From the NCBI RefSeq assembly GCF_001194135.2, contig NC_068998.1, positions 443,098-507,097 of the forward strand: a stretch of DNA of 64,000 bases. Direction: 5' to 3'. Position 1 is the stretch's first letter, and the number at the start of each line of letters is the position of its first letter. Source of the DNA: Octopus bimaculoides (Eukaryota). The notes beneath the pieces were generated by a model, which was not told the origin of the DNA, made no database searches, and worked only from the letters and a program-made list of their open reading frames with translations. Shown here one piece after another: positions 37,565 through 52,049 of the stretch. A program made the translations under genes and the position numbers.

Positions 37565-38341
37565 GTTGCTTTTAATCCCACATTAACAGCATTCTGTGTG
37601 TGTTTTGAATAATGCCTCCTTTTCCCCTTATATCTCCACTTTGCCTTGTGCTTCCCCTCCTATCTCTTCTCTGCCCCGTGTTTCCCTTTTCTGTCTCTTC
37701 TTTGCCCTGTCTTTTCTTTCTATCTTCTGAATTTCTCAGAAATAAGTCGATGCATGACTTCCTTCTGAAAAAGATGATAATATTATTTACAGTTGGAATT
37801 TGATAACATTATATCTTTTTTATTGATGAAGAACTCTGCTTTTTTTGGCATTACATATTTAGTGCACCTGGCAACAGTTATGCAATTTAATTTTGATATT
37901 TTTCCAGTAACAAAATGTGATCAGTCTCAAAGAAAAGAACATTTTTTTCTGTTCTTTTTTTAATTCTTTAATTCTTTTGCAGTGAACATGAAACCTTTTG
38001 AGATTTGCACTTGAGATTAACAAGTCTTAATGTTCACTGCAGGTGGTACAAGCATCATATCAATGTCCATAACATTCTAAAATATAGTTTCTCAAGGCCA
38101 TTGGTTGTTTTAGAGTATTTCAAATAGATTTTGTTTACATCGCTTAGTCTGAGAAAGCGGGGACTGTACTACTTTCCAGTTATGGAGGCACCAAAGCCCT
38201 TTCAATGTCATGCCCACCTCTTCCACTCTTGACCATTGCCTCAGTTGTCTCTATTTTTGGTCTTGCTGTATCGTCGAGAAGACTTAGAGCTAATGACAAA
38301 TGTGCAACATACATACACATATATTTATACAAGCATATGTA

Positions 38342-38374
<33 letters not shown>

Positions 38375-39827
38375 TTGTATGTATACACACACGTACATAT
38401 CTGTATCATGTTTGAGAAACTGCCGAGCTAAGCTATTGTTGTCAGTGTTAAAGATAACATATTGACGTGTTTCTCATAACTGGAACACGTTCCATCAACT
38501 TGCAATTCTTTCCAAATGGACACAAAAATAGCAACAGAACAACAATACATGTTGTACTGTTGCTAATGACTTTTCTCTCCACTTAACCATGAACTGCTTC
38601 ATAGTTGGATGAACTTTCTAGCTCTGTCCACTCAACTGTAAAATGCCAGTGGAACATACATCTATGCAGCTAAATTGCCTAAATCAGACAATGGGTTCAT
38701 TATTTTCCTGAAGGCACCGCACACTGTTGGTTTAGAAATTAAATTGATAAATTCTCAGATTAGTAATCTCGCTGTGTATTCATTCAACCGTAAAGCCACG
38801 TCACTGTACAGATATATTTTTATTGTCACAATAACAATGGGGTTATTTTTTTTCAAGTTTCCTACTTAGCTCATCCTTTTTTGGTGAGGTGCGTGAGCGA
38901 TTGTTTCAATGGAGATCAATATCTTACTAGTACATGTTTTATTGATAGCAGAGGCACAAATGAGAATGATGCTGTTAATGGGTTTTCAGCTGATAAGAGA
39001 AAAACTTGGAGATAAAACAAAATGAAGCATCGACTCTGTTCTCTCTCTCTTTATTGTTTGGGTTGCCTTCATCATTGCTGTTCTTTTGTGCCTGAACTGG
39101 GCCCAAGTCCAACAGTTTCAGTGAAGGGACAGGCAGGGGTGTCAAATCATCCCTTTATTTCACGGGTTCTTCTTTAAAACAAAACAAATGATTGAAGGTA
39201 AAATACTCAATACATAAAGGAAAGTAGAAATATTTATTTCATTCAATTAATGGCTTTTACAAGATCACTTATTTGCATCTCTTTAGAATTTGTTGAATTT
39301 TAAAGTGAAAGAAACTAGACTGGTCTTGTATGAGTAATTATTCTAATAATTTCATTCATATNNNNNNNNNNNNNNNNNNNNNNNNNNNNNNNNNNNNNNN
39401 NNNNNNNNNNNNNNNNNNNNNNNNNNNNNNNNNNNNNNNNNNNNNNNNNNNNNNNNNNNNNNNNNNNNNNNNNNNNNNNNNNNNNNNNNNNNNNNNNNNN
39501 NNNNNNNNNNNNNNNNNNNNNNNNNNNNNNNNNNNNNNNNNNNNNNNNNNNNNNNNNNNNNNNNNNNNNNNNNNNNNNNNNNNNNNNNNNNNNNNNNNNN
39601 NNNNNNNNNNNNNNNNNNNNNNNNNNNNNNNNNNNNNNNNNNNNNNNNNNNNNNNNNNNNNNNNNNNNNNNNNNNNNNNNNNNNNNNNNNNNNNNNNNNN
39701 NNNNNNNNNNNNNNNNNNNNNNNNNNNNNNNNNNNNNNNNNNNNNNNNNNNNNNNNNNNNNNNNNNNNNNNNNNNNNNNNNNNNNNNNNNNNNNNNNNNN
39801 NNNNNNNNNNNNNNNNNNNNNNNNNNN

Positions 39828-39865
<38 letters not shown>

Positions 39866-39970
39866 TCTCATATTCACATGATGTGCATGTATATATATAT
39901 ATAAAGTATATATAATTATCACTTATTTATACTATGAAGTCTCATGGCAGTCAGTTAATATTACTGAATG

Positions 39971-40172
39971 GTTGCTGAAAGGGTGACAAATGTGGAAGTG
40001 TTGAAGAGGATGAAAGTGAAGAGACAGTTTGATGGATATTATTAGAGAGAGACAGTGGAGATTTGTTGATCATTTTCTCAGAGAGGATCGCGGAATAGAG
40101 CATTACATGGTGGAGACTGAGCTGGTGGAAAGGAGAGCGAGAGGAAGGCAGAGAATGAAGAAATTGGACCTG
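39971..40172 (+). mobile_element. RTE-clade LINE C-terminal fragment, frameshifted
   Basis: ERVTNVEVLKRMKVKRQ / MDIIRERQWRFVDHFLREDRGIEHYMVETELVERRARGRQRMKKLD matches the RTE pattern TNEEVL..RQ..F.GH..R...G.R.RGRQR with one frameshift. Confidence 0.75.
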
Positions 40173-40405
40173 GTTCCATACTTGTAGAATTCTGCTGTGA
40201 AATAGTTGTATGTTATTGCTTTTATTAAGTAAAACTACCTCACGGATTTACAATATAGAATTGTGATGAACCATTACCTTGGACCCTGCCACAAGATTAC
40301 CCAGAGTTCTTCACTAATCTGAATAATAGCGTTACCCTGGTGTGCCAACAGAGAACTTGCGAAGTATTTTGCCCAGATTGATAATCCCTCATTATTAGCT
40401 CTGTC

Positions 40406-40520
40406 TGTCTTTCTCTCTCTGTCTTTCTGTCTTTCTCTCTCTGTCTTTCTGTCTTTCTCTCTCTGTCTTTCTGTCTTTCTCTCTCTGTCTTTCTGTCTTT
40501 CTCTCTCTGTCTTTCTCTCT
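40406..40520. repeat. 22-bp CT-rich tandem repeat (ctgtctttctctctctgtcttt)n
   Basis: About five near-perfect units visible. Confidence 0.9.
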
Positions 40521-41785
40521 TTCTTTGGGTGAAATGCTGCTAAGCATTCATGTTTGGCCTGCTAATGATTCTGCCAACTCACCACCTAGAAGCACTTGGA
40601 ATGGTTAAAAAAAGGAAGTAAACATTTCGTGAGGATGATTCCTAGCTTACCATCCTTTGCAAGAAGTGCAAATAATAGTTGTATCCAGTATGTCACGTGT
40701 ATTGGGAAGAGCCTTGTTACCGTGGGTACAATAACCTTCCATGTAATTTGACTTTTTTTTTGACATAACATTATTTGATTTTGTAAATGAATAGAGTCTG
40801 GTATGTTTGTTGTAATGGATTATCAATGTATAGAGTGAGTTTCTTTGCCCTAGGTGTCGAGAAGACACTCCACAAGAAATGGAAACAAAATTGAAGAAAC
40901 AAGTAAAACACATAACTGATAATATTTGTTGTGAGTTTTCCTTCAAACTTCACTTGCAAATACCAAAGTGAAACTGTTTTCTTGCTTGTTTTCTTTATTT
41001 TGATTGTAGATTCAGTGAAATATAATCTAAAGATCAATTAAAGAACTAGTAACTATTGATTAGTTTCTCCGCAGCCAGCTATTATGAACAAATATTGATG
41101 CTGTACCATTTTGTCCTTCACTTGCTTCTGTTAACTGTCTTACATCATGTTACTGAATAATAATAGAGAAAATATATTTGCTTTGATCTGTTCTGTTGCA
41201 GGAATTCTATAAACTATCTTCTGGCACCTTTCACATATCTAATAGATCTTTCTGATAAATATATTTGTCAGTGGTAGTTGGCAGTTGGATGTAAGTCAAC
41301 AATCAGTGAAGCGGTTTAAAAGAGAAATGATATTCTTTGAAATCTTCCTGAAACATGTCCACTTCCGTCGATTGATGAAATGAGCATGGAAGTTTGTTAG
41401 AATCTCTCAAAATACCGATAAATTGATGACTTCCATCATTCTTTGTTATGGTTAGAATCAACCAGGTCGTTATCAACAGCTGGGCCATTTTCTGAGCTTC
41501 TGTCAGTTGATGAGTAGTGAAAGAGATGAGTGCTTCTTCATCCAGTTTCTTTTGTCCTTTTGCCCCCACCCCCACCCACCAACAAATTACCATCATATAG
41601 AACCTCACTGAAAATCAGTTAAAAGAACCTTTTGCACTTCTCACAGAGATGGTAAACCAGGGATTATTCTCAAATATTTTTCGCTTCCTTTCTTGACCAT
41701 TCTTGGTGCTCCTACAATTACTGGTATTTTAACCAGCATGAGATGCCACATTTTATCAATTTCAATGAACAAATCTTTATATTTT

Positions 41786-41819
<34 letters not shown>

Positions 41820-42094
41820 GCCACCACCACCAAAGGGTGCTGGTTGGAAGCATATTTAGTTCCATGTCTTTTACAATTTAAGTTCAAAGCCTGCTAAGAT
41901 CAACTTTACCCGATTCCAAGGTCAATAAGACAAGTACCATGTGACCAGCCCACCTCCAAAGTTGTGGTCTTGTGCTTCAGTTAGACGTCATTATTATTAT
42001 TATTGATTAGCTAGCCACTGGCCAGCTAATCAGCCTTAATCTGATTGGAAAAGGATTATATTTTTAAGAAGTATCTCTAACTTTGTGCATGTAT

Positions 42095-42134
<40 letters not shown>

Positions 42135-42892
42135 GCGCATGCAAACACCCACACCTGAAAATGTCAAAGATAATTGAGGTGTTGTAGTAGGTGTGGAAGT
42201 CAGTCTGATGCAGTAATGATGGTGGTTAATTACTTCTTAATAATTAAAGTCTCTAATGAAACAGCTGGAGAAGATAGTCCTATTTCTGTAGCCTCGAATA
42301 TATTTTACGATTGCAATTGATGTTTTACTGAAGTCAGCTCTGATCAAACAGATCTTGGCTCACAGACATTCCAGCTACAGCCATCCAGTCTTTCTTTGTA
42401 TGTAAAAGGAACCACATTCTCAGATAATGGTGTGTCATTTGGAGGAGATTTGGTTGCTATTTCTAACAGATCAGACAACTACAAAGTGGCTCCCTCAGGG
42501 TTGCAATATCTTGGAGCAATAAAAAAAAGACTTGATTAGTGGTGATGGTGTGAGTGGTGAGGCTGGTAGAGAGAAAGCTGAGATTTCTTTCTTTAAGATG
42601 AATCTGAAAGGAACCGTTCCACTTTAGTAAGAATCCAATTAGTTATGATGTCAATTTCAAAATCCTACAGCATCCAAATATTTTGCTTTATTTTTTTGTC
42701 TTTTGAAAATATTTTTGGAAATTTTTGTTGTTTTCTTCTGATAATCAGAATGTTTAGCACTGATAAGGTGGGTGGAGGGGGTCCCAGTTGTTCTAAAGAT
42801 CACTCAATAGCATCGAATGGAAATGGATATAATTTTTATCTAAATTGTTATTTCCCCTTAATTTATGTTGACCTCCATAATTTCAACCAAAC

Positions 42893-42984
42893 TATCACTC
42901 ATACCGGGGAGTGAGTATCACTCATACCGGGGAGTGAGTATCACTCATACCGGGGAGTGAGTATCACTAATAACTCAGAGTGAA
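42893..42984. repeat. 23-bp self-complementary tandem repeat: three perfect units plus one diverged unit
   Basis: tatcactcataccggggagtgag at 42893, 42916 and 42939, then tatcactaataactcagagtgaa. Confidence 0.95.
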
Positions 42985-45259
42985 TATCTGCTGCTATTTA
43001 CTTAACTCTCTCCTCCTCCATTAATAAGACCAGTTCCAATGTTGCATTCTCTCTCCATTACGTCAACTGATCTTGCGGAAATATATCTTGTTTTGTAGAT
43101 TGAGAATATATAATGTTTGTTTGTCTGTTGGCAATATCACTTCATGTGTGTTAATGTATTACACACACACACACATGTACACAAAACACCCACACACACA
43201 TACACACGCATGCACTCCAATTATGAAGTTAAACATTTAGTGTTGTTGTTTTTATTGTCTAATCCCCTGATGGTGGGAGAATTTTTATAATAAAACAAGA
43301 AAATAGCAAAATAAATTCCAAATATATTTTCAAAAGAAAAAAAAATATTTGGATGCTGTGGTTTTTTGGAATTGGCATCATAATTGATTGGACTTTTACC
43401 AAAGTGGAATGGTTTCTCTCCCTCAGATTAATTTTGTTGATGGAAATCATTGCTTTGTCTCCACCCCACCAGTTGTTCTGTGTAAATATGGAACAATATG
43501 TCAGGTATTTCAGGTTTGAAGTAAAATGTTCATTGTCCGTTGTGATAATGGAAACCCTGCACTACGCTGAGTGTAAACACACACACACACACACACACTT
43601 ACACAAACACACACACATGCTTACACAGACATAGCGACTACCAAACACAAACATGCTCACACACAATCTGGGGGTTACGTGCAACTTAAATGGAATGACT
43701 GAGACAACATAAATATCGAGACCTAACTTGTATCATCATCATCAGCTTATCTACTTCTATAATCCCACGGTTATATTTATTTCCGTCGTCTTCGTCATCT
43801 CCTCTTCTTATCTCTATTCATTACAGGCAAAACAATTTCTCTTTATTAAGCTCTCTTTTCAGGTTTTTACCTGGTTATTATTGTACCTCCCACCCTTAAT
43901 CTAGTTACCATTGGTAAAACTAGTCAGCAGAAATTGCATTTAGGGTACTTAATGGTAGAATTATTGGGTTATGCCAAACTTGAAGCTCAACAAACTATTT
44001 CTGAAATTGAAAAAAAAAATATATATATTAACAGATAATTTAATTCTTGTTTTTAAAATGGCCAAGGAAAATCGATAATTTTACTGAAAAATAAATCAAT
44101 TTTAGAGTAATTTAAAGAATTGTTTTAATTTTTTGGTTTTTGTTCTCCGTGTGAATTGATTTGTTGATTAAGTCAGAACTTAAAAGTTTCTAGAAAAATG
44201 TACAAGATGTAAGATTTTTGTGATCCAAATCCAAATATTATATCTTTTGCTAATCTGCCATGCTTGGAGGATTCCTGAGTCAGGAGTCTTGACAGAGTCT
44301 CTTACATGGCTAAAGGGTATAGAGTTGGCAGAGCATCAGACAAAATAATTTGTGCTATTTAGTGATGTCCCCTTTACGTTTTGTGTTTAAAACCCAACCT
44401 GGTTGATTTTATTTTTTTTTTATCTTTCTGGGGCCAATAAAATAAGAACCAGAATCAGCTATAGTGAAGGTGTTCCCCCAGCATGACCAAAATTCAAAGA
44501 TAGAAATCAACAAATTAACTTCATTGACCTCAGCACACAAATTGAGAAAAAATTCCAGAGAAGCAAAAACCTAAAATGACTGGTTGCAGCAAAGTAAACT
44601 TAAGAAAAAAAGGCTTTTAGTTTGTAATGAAAGAAAACTTTTTCTATTGCTTTGTTGGAGAGTGTACAGATAAATAAGCAGGAATTCCAAAAAGTACCTC
44701 TAGAGTACACTAACAAGTACACTAGATATGCTGTGTGATGAAAGATAGACAATTGTTAAAGAGTTGAGTCAGTGGTAGTTTGGTGTGTTCCTTCATGTGG
44801 AATTAATATTCAGTTTAAGTTGTGTAGAAAAGTCACAGACAATAATTCACCATTTAATAAGAACTTCCTTAAGCAAGAAGAAAATATCACAGCATTGCCA
44901 GAATAAAAAGTCTTGTGGTAGATTAAGAGTCGAACAGATTTACCATTCCATACTGAACAAGTTAATTCATAACATTTTGCTTTAGAAATCTTTTTAAAAT
45001 TTGCATTTTTAAACGTAATTTTTTATTTTGATTCAAGTTTCCTTGTTATTTTTCAATCTTTTATTGAAATCCTGACATTAATTAATAAATTACCTTTACC
45101 GGATTGTTAATTGCTTAATTGCTTCAAGGCAAATTTACTAATTGGGAAATTGTTGGTTGGATATATTGCCTTTACTAAAAAGGCTGTCAGGCAATTTTCC
45201 TGCAGCAATTTCATAGGATATTTCTTACACACACACACTTGGTATCTTGAAATAAGAAC

Positions 45260-45305
<46 letters not shown>

Positions 45306-45385
45306 TTGTATCTACACAGAGAGTGAGTGTATCTATAACCTGTCCAATCCATGCAAGCATGGTAAAGCCAACAATGATGATAAGG

Positions 45386-45430
<45 letters not shown>

Positions 45431-46171
45431 GCGTGCGTGTGTGTGTGCGTGCGTGTGTGTGTGTGCATATAACATAAAATGGCTCCACTTTCTGTAATTT
45501 CTATTGAATTACAGGTCTTTATTGTTTCCTTTTTATTTCATTCTGCACTCCTACCTCCTCTCCCCTATTCCCTAACCCTGTTTTTCTCTTTGTCCTATTC
45601 AATATTATACCTGAAGGAGTCAACAAAACAACCACTATATTTAGTCCAATCACCACCAATGGTCATTCACCATTGTCAACACACTTCCTGACTCTGTTGC
45701 TTCCCTGAATACCCTTCATTCAAATAACCTTGCAACCTCCACTCACCGCATGATAAAACTATGTCCCATTCCAACCAATTCTATTATTGGACATATCGAC
45801 CCAGGAAGCGTTTCGATCTTTGCTTTTTTTATTGTCAATATATTTCCTTCCATTGCTGACTTTTTTTTGACCACTGAATTATGACCACCACTCCATTGCT
45901 TCATTGAAAAATGGACAAAGAGTTATACTTTTGCATGACATGGACGTTTGTCCAGTTTTCTTGAAAAGGAATCAAGCAACAGTATTGTTGTGTGTTTATG
46001 TTTCATGAAACAAGATGAATGGAAGTCACAAAAAGCCAGAAACAAAAATACTTCTTCTATTGATTCCATCATAAAGCCACTCAAAGTTAAAATCTCCTCT
46101 CAAAATATCAATGAAACAGATTTATTCTGTTTTAGTTACGGACAAAGTCTCTTCTGTCATTGAAATTAATA

Positions 46172-46327
46172 GTTGTGGCTTTGTGTTTAAGAAGATTGCT
46201 GTGTGACCATGTGGTTTCTGGTTCAAGGCCACAACACAGCAACTATGGCAAGTGTCATCTACTACAGCCTCAACTTGACTTCTACCTTGTAAATGAGATT
46301 TAGTTGATGGGAAACTGTGTATAAACT
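46172..46327 (+). mobile_element. tRNA-derived SINE family C with CORE-like segment
   Basis: tRNA-like head (tgtgtttaagaag..ctggttcaaggcc) then ggcaagtgtcatctactacagcctc, resembling the CORE consensus GTGACCTTGGGCAAGT. Octopus OR2 was classed as a CORE-SINE (recalled, unverified here). Confidence 0.6.
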
Positions 46328-47394
46328 TATTTTATATATATATGTGTGTCCATATATATGTGTGTGTGTGTGTTTATGTATATATGTATATATCTATATA
46401 TATGTATGTATGTATGTATCTATCTATATATATATATATTTATTATAAGATCTGGTAATTAGTCATATATTAATNNNNNNNNNNNNNNNNNNNNNNNNNN
46501 NNNNNNNNNNNNNNNNNNNNNNNNNNNNNNNNNNNNNNNNNNNNNNNNNNNNNNNNNNNNNNNNNNNNNNNNNNNNNNNNNNNNNNNNNNNNNNNNNNNN
46601 NNNNNNNNNNNNNNNNNNNNNNNNNNNNNNNNNNNNNNNNNNNNNNNNNNNNNNNNNNNNNNNNNNNNNNNNNNNNNNNNNNNNNNNNNNNNNNNNNNNN
46701 NNNNNNNNNNNNNNNNNNNNNNNNNNNNNNNNNNNNNNNNNNNNNNNNNNNNNNNNNNNNNNNNNNNNNNNNNNNNNNNNNNNNNNNNNNNNNNNNNNNN
46801 NNNNNNNNNNNNNNNNNNNNNNNNNNNNNNNNNNNNNNNNNNNNNNNNNNNNNNNNNNNNNNNNNNNNNNNNNNNNNNNNNNNNNNNNNNNNNNNNNNNA
46901 CACACATATATCAAGACTTTTTCTCTCATGTGTGTGTGTGTGAAAATGCTTCATAAACATGAAATACTTTTTACTGGTTTAGCTGAGAAAGTAGAAAAGA
47001 AGATAAAAACAAACAACAAAATGACAAAATATATTTTATGGTTAATCAAGATTTATTATATATATCCCATCTAAACCATAAGATTAACATAAGTCTTCCT
47101 GCTCTATAAACTGCATCAAGTTGTCAAACCACTTTGTAGTTTTATGCATACGTTGTGGCTCCACAATTAAAATTCCTTCTTAATTACTCTGTTCTTGTTA
47201 GGTTCCTTCTTGTTGCTCTATATCAGTCTTATTGAGGGGAATTGACAAAATTAGGTCCAATCGAGATTTGGACTCACAATTTTGAAACACAGAGACATTG
47301 AGTCTGATCACTTCACTACCAACCATGCTGTATAATATTGGGTGTATATACATACAGCAGAGACATACATAAATGTGTGTGTGTGTATAACATA

Positions 47395-47443
<49 letters not shown>

Positions 47444-48744
47444 TCATAAAAGATAATGCAAGTTAACATCTGAGAAAGAATTATCTATGTGTATGTAGCT
47501 ATTTTTTCTCTTTCACTCTCCCTCTCTGTATGTGTGTGTGTGTGTGTGTGTAATCTTTTTGTCTTGTTATTGTGTTAAGTGTGGTAGAACAGCAAGCATA
47601 ATATTTTTTCCAAGATTTCCCAAGACTGCTAACAGGAAATGAAGTATCTCTGATCAAACTCAGATGTTGATTTGTTAGATGTACAGGTGCCAAATGTCTA
47701 ATAGTATTGAAGGTTGTCTCCTAGTGTTACCTGTTCAAATCACAATGAGTTCAACTACACACCAGGGTTGATAGAAATATTATAACTAACCTCACTGATC
47801 TACACATTGACTACTTCTTTCATCTTCAATTGTGGCCTTGTTCCAAACATAGAAATCATTATTATTGTCTCAGAGAAATGGTAATACACCAAATTATTTA
47901 GTGTTATTGTCTTCAGTTTTAGATCTTTTCCTTTCTGAAATTAAATTCCTGACAGGTTGCTTTTATACTCTTAATCAGTAAACTACGAAATACTTTAGAG
48001 TAATAACTAGGTTAAATCCGTCCATGACACACTACCCTAAAATTTGTGGCCTGATGCCAAAGGTACAAACCATTAGTTGTAAAGGAGCCGTCTCCTCCAC
48101 TTTAAAAGCACAGAACATAATTTGAGAGTCTTATAATGCTGTAATATAACTGCTATTTCTATTCTGCCAAAGAATAGCAACAACACTTTTATACCTGGTT
48201 TGCTGAGCACAGACACCTTCAAAGAAGACAGCTTATCGTCATTTTACAACCAATTTTCAATGTTGGTATAGATTGGAATGTTTTTTGTTATTTTTCTGAG
48301 GCAATGTTTCACAGCCAAATACCCTTCTTGTCATCATCCATTTTTATTTACCTCTTACAACATAACATGCCATTTTTTTTTGTATTGTTTCTTAAACATC
48401 TGGATTACACAATTGTAATTATTATATATTCTTAAGCATTAAAATGGAATTTTAAATAAGGATTTAGCTTCCACCTTGTCCATGTGTTTGTGTGATCATT
48501 TTAACCTCAACTTTTTCCCATTCACATTTGTCAGACGAAATTCATTGAAGCCTCTTTTCTACATCTGGTTACTCTTCCTGTTGTCAGCCCTCGTCTTTTC
48601 CTAAGCAAAATGATATTTTCCCCTAGTTTGGACATAGTTTTATGAAAGATTGCAAACAAATAACAACATCTGTATGACAGTCATGTTTATTGACAATCAA
48701 CATGGATGGGCACACGCACACACTCTCATATATTTGTGCTTCTT

Positions 48745-48880
48745 TTCATTTTCTGTCTACCAAATTCACACTCAAGGCTTTGGACAGCCTGGGGCTATAG
48801 AAGACACTTACCCATAATGCTGCACCATGGGAATGATATTTTGTTGTAAAGCAAACTTCTTAACCACAGCCATGCCAGAG
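48745..48880 (-). mobile_element. SINE family C copy (antisense)
   Basis: ctcaaggctttggacagcctggggctatagaagacacttacccataatgc..cttaaccacagccatgcc. Confidence 0.65.
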
Positions 48881-48897
48881 CCTATATCTATCTATCA

Positions 48898-48977
<80 letters not shown>

Positions 48978-49431
48978 TCAAAGGTGGCACATCATGAATG
49001 CACAGACACATGCACACATGTGCATGTATGTGTGTGTATAAAAGTGGTTACATTCCAGAAGTATTGTTATAATGCAACTTACGTTCCAAGTACAAATTAA
49101 TTAATTATCAGTGATTTATTTATTTATTGACCTCATTTCCAGTTGGCATTATCATTATTATGTGTTGTCCACTTTATCATAAATCTTGGCCTAATGAGTC
49201 CGATACAGTTTCTTATCAAGTTAATCTAATTTTGTTAAACCTATTGATGCCAGCTGTAAATAGCAATCATCTTCGACTTTCCTGTTCATCATCTTGTTCT
49301 ACTTTATACTCAATAATCCCAACATAATCTTCATTTTAAACAAACTAATCCTATTTCACTTATTACCCATAGACACACACTCACACGTGTGTGTGTGTAT
49401 TTATGTAACAACAACAATAATAATTATAGTG

Positions 49432-49471
<40 letters not shown>

Positions 49472-50002
49472 TGATGATGATAGTGGTAGTAAAAGCAGTG
49501 TTTGATATAGGCTTGAAGTCAGAAATTTGGGGGAGAAGAGTCCCACTATATGACTGGTACTATTTGATGTACCTAAATCTACCCTTAGAAATTATGACAA
49601 TACCATAAATGTTGAAAAATGGACATTTGAATTTGTGAAAAATCTTGATGTGATAGGACGAAATAATTCCAGTTTTGAAACCAGAAAGTACTAGGAAACC
49701 TGTCTCTGATGCCAGACAACAATAACCAAGTTCACCAGTATAATCTTTGTTCTAGTGTTTCTACTTCATATGAAATATATTACAATGTAAAGTGGTTGGT
49801 ATTATGAAGGGCATTTAGCTGAAGAAATCATCTCAAAAATGAGACATTAGGACACAACCCTCTGAACTGTGAAAAGCCTGTTGAATTGTTTTGCCAATGG
49901 CACCATAGAAAATATGTGTGATTTTGAGGGCAATGATGATAATGATGATTAATGTGTGTGTGTATTTATATATACATATATATATTTATGTATTTATGTC
50001 AG

Positions 50003-50150
50003 GCATCTTTCAGTTTCCATCTACCAAATCCATTCACAAGGCTTTGGTTAGCCAAGGTAGAAGCATAGGAGAAGTCACTTGTTCAAGGTACAGTGAGAGA
50101 CAGAACCTTAGACTTCATTGTTGGGAAACAAACTTCCTAACCCTAACCCC
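50003..50150 (-). mobile_element. SINE family C copy (antisense)
   Basis: catctttcagtttccatctaccaaatccattcacaaggctttggttagcc..gaagtcacttgttcaagg. Confidence 0.65.
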
Positions 50151-50154
50151 ACTG

Positions 50155-50222
<68 letters not shown>

Positions 50223-50927
50223 AGGGAAAAACAGTATGGTTTAATGATGTGCATAAAATGAAATGTTTTCTCATGGAGAAAATGCAGGCATGCAACAATG
50301 CACATACCTCCATATATCTATGTTTACATTTATACATACATATAGACTTCTATTTATACACACACACACACACATACATATGTCCATACATATATCTAGA
50401 CATACTTACATCCATACATATACTTTCATTGATACATGCTAAATTACCTTCTTATTAAATGAATTGTTAATATAATAATAAAACAAACAATTAAGTATTG
50501 CTCGTTCTAATTAGGGTAAATGAGGAAGAATTATTGATCTTTCAGGCTGCTTATTAAGACCAATTCTTGATACAATACTTGCCACCATCATTTTCTTCTT
50601 TTTCCTCCATTTATTATCCAACAGCCAACATGGAAACCTTACAAGCCTTCTCATTATTCATCCTCCTTATTATTAATCTTCATTAAGTTTCTGTTTACCC
50701 CCCTGGCAAATATTTTCTTCCAGAAGGTATTGATTTTTTTAATTATTTGTGTCCACCACCATTCTCAGCACCAGCACCCTATACTTTCCTGTGAATTCCT
50801 TGTAGTTTGTTTGCCTGGTTTCATCTAAAGAAAGGAACTCAAAACAAAAAAAACAAAAAAAATTTGATAGCAACCACAACACTGCTGGATTTTTCAATAC
50901 TGCATGTCTAAAAGAACTATTCCACTC

Positions 50928-50961
<34 letters not shown>

Positions 50962-51990
50962 GTCCACACACACACACACATTTATATTTCAAGACAGGTG
51001 AAAAAGTGATGATTTTCTTTAATTTTCAGAACACCTGTCTTGATATTTCAATTTGATGTTAAAGATGATACTTTTGTTAGTTATGTTGTGATATATTGGT
51101 TGCTGAACTAGTACATCTAAGAACCTTGCTTAAGGTCACACTGTTTTCTGTATGTCTCTTCCACCACTCTTTCTCTCTCTCTCTCTCTCTCTAATACAGG
51201 AGTTAGAAAATCACATTTATTTCAGCATTGTCTTCATAGCATAAAATCACATGAACACACACACCCACACCCACACACACACACACAGAGAAAGAGTAAA
51301 GCATATCTACATTCAAGTTCATGTGTTGTTAGATGTTGATGTATGGAAGAGAAGATAATTTTGATAGAAGCACTCTTCCTCCTTGCTGTAAATACAAGAC
51401 CTTTGAAAGACCTTGGGCGAGTCCCACCATCTCAGCTGTAGAGGCAAATCTAAGGAAATAGATTTTGAAATACTTTGAAGATATTCCGGCAGAAAAAGAA
51501 AGAATTTGATAGACAGCAATTTCTCATTAAGCTCCATCTTTTCTTGTCTTCCCATCATTGTTATAATAATAATAATAATAATATTAATAATGATAATAAT
51601 AATGATGATAATAATAATAATCTCCTACAGTTTCCTTTCATATAACTTTTATCTATTTTTCAATATCCTCTTAACATCAACAATCATCTCTGTTCTTAAA
51701 CATTCCCTTATCTACACCAAAAAGCCTCCTTGCTCTTATCTTTTGATTTTCTTTTGTTTCAGAAAACTCTCTCTCTCTCTCTTGTTGTTGTTGTTGTTGT
51801 TTGCTAACAAACTTGATGCAGTCATTCTGTTCTTTGCCTTTCTGTTTCATTCTCCATCCTCTTGTCCCAGACACCATGTTTCTCCCTCAAATCTTTGCTT
51901 GTTTATTTCTAAATAGTTTCTCATATAAAATATCTGTCTCCTTCACCAATTTGTGCCTGAATACTTGTAATAGAACCAGTTTCAATCCCC

Positions 51991-52049
<59 letters not shown>

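Noticed and set aside
38180-38900. Mariner-like LLDDTARP (compare LLHDNARPH) on minus
   Set aside because: The neighbouring motifs (WVPHEL, GDEKW, YSPDLAP) were not convincingly found, so a single short match is insufficient.
41303-41608. 101-aa minus ORF, and PLPSIDEM (gypsy RT-like) on plus
   Set aside because: No recognisable domain on minus, and the plus motif is isolated and bounded by stops.
42893-42984. Palindromic 23-bp direct repeats as a CRISPR array
   Set aside because: The units are contiguous with no spacers, the context is eukaryotic, and there are no cas genes.
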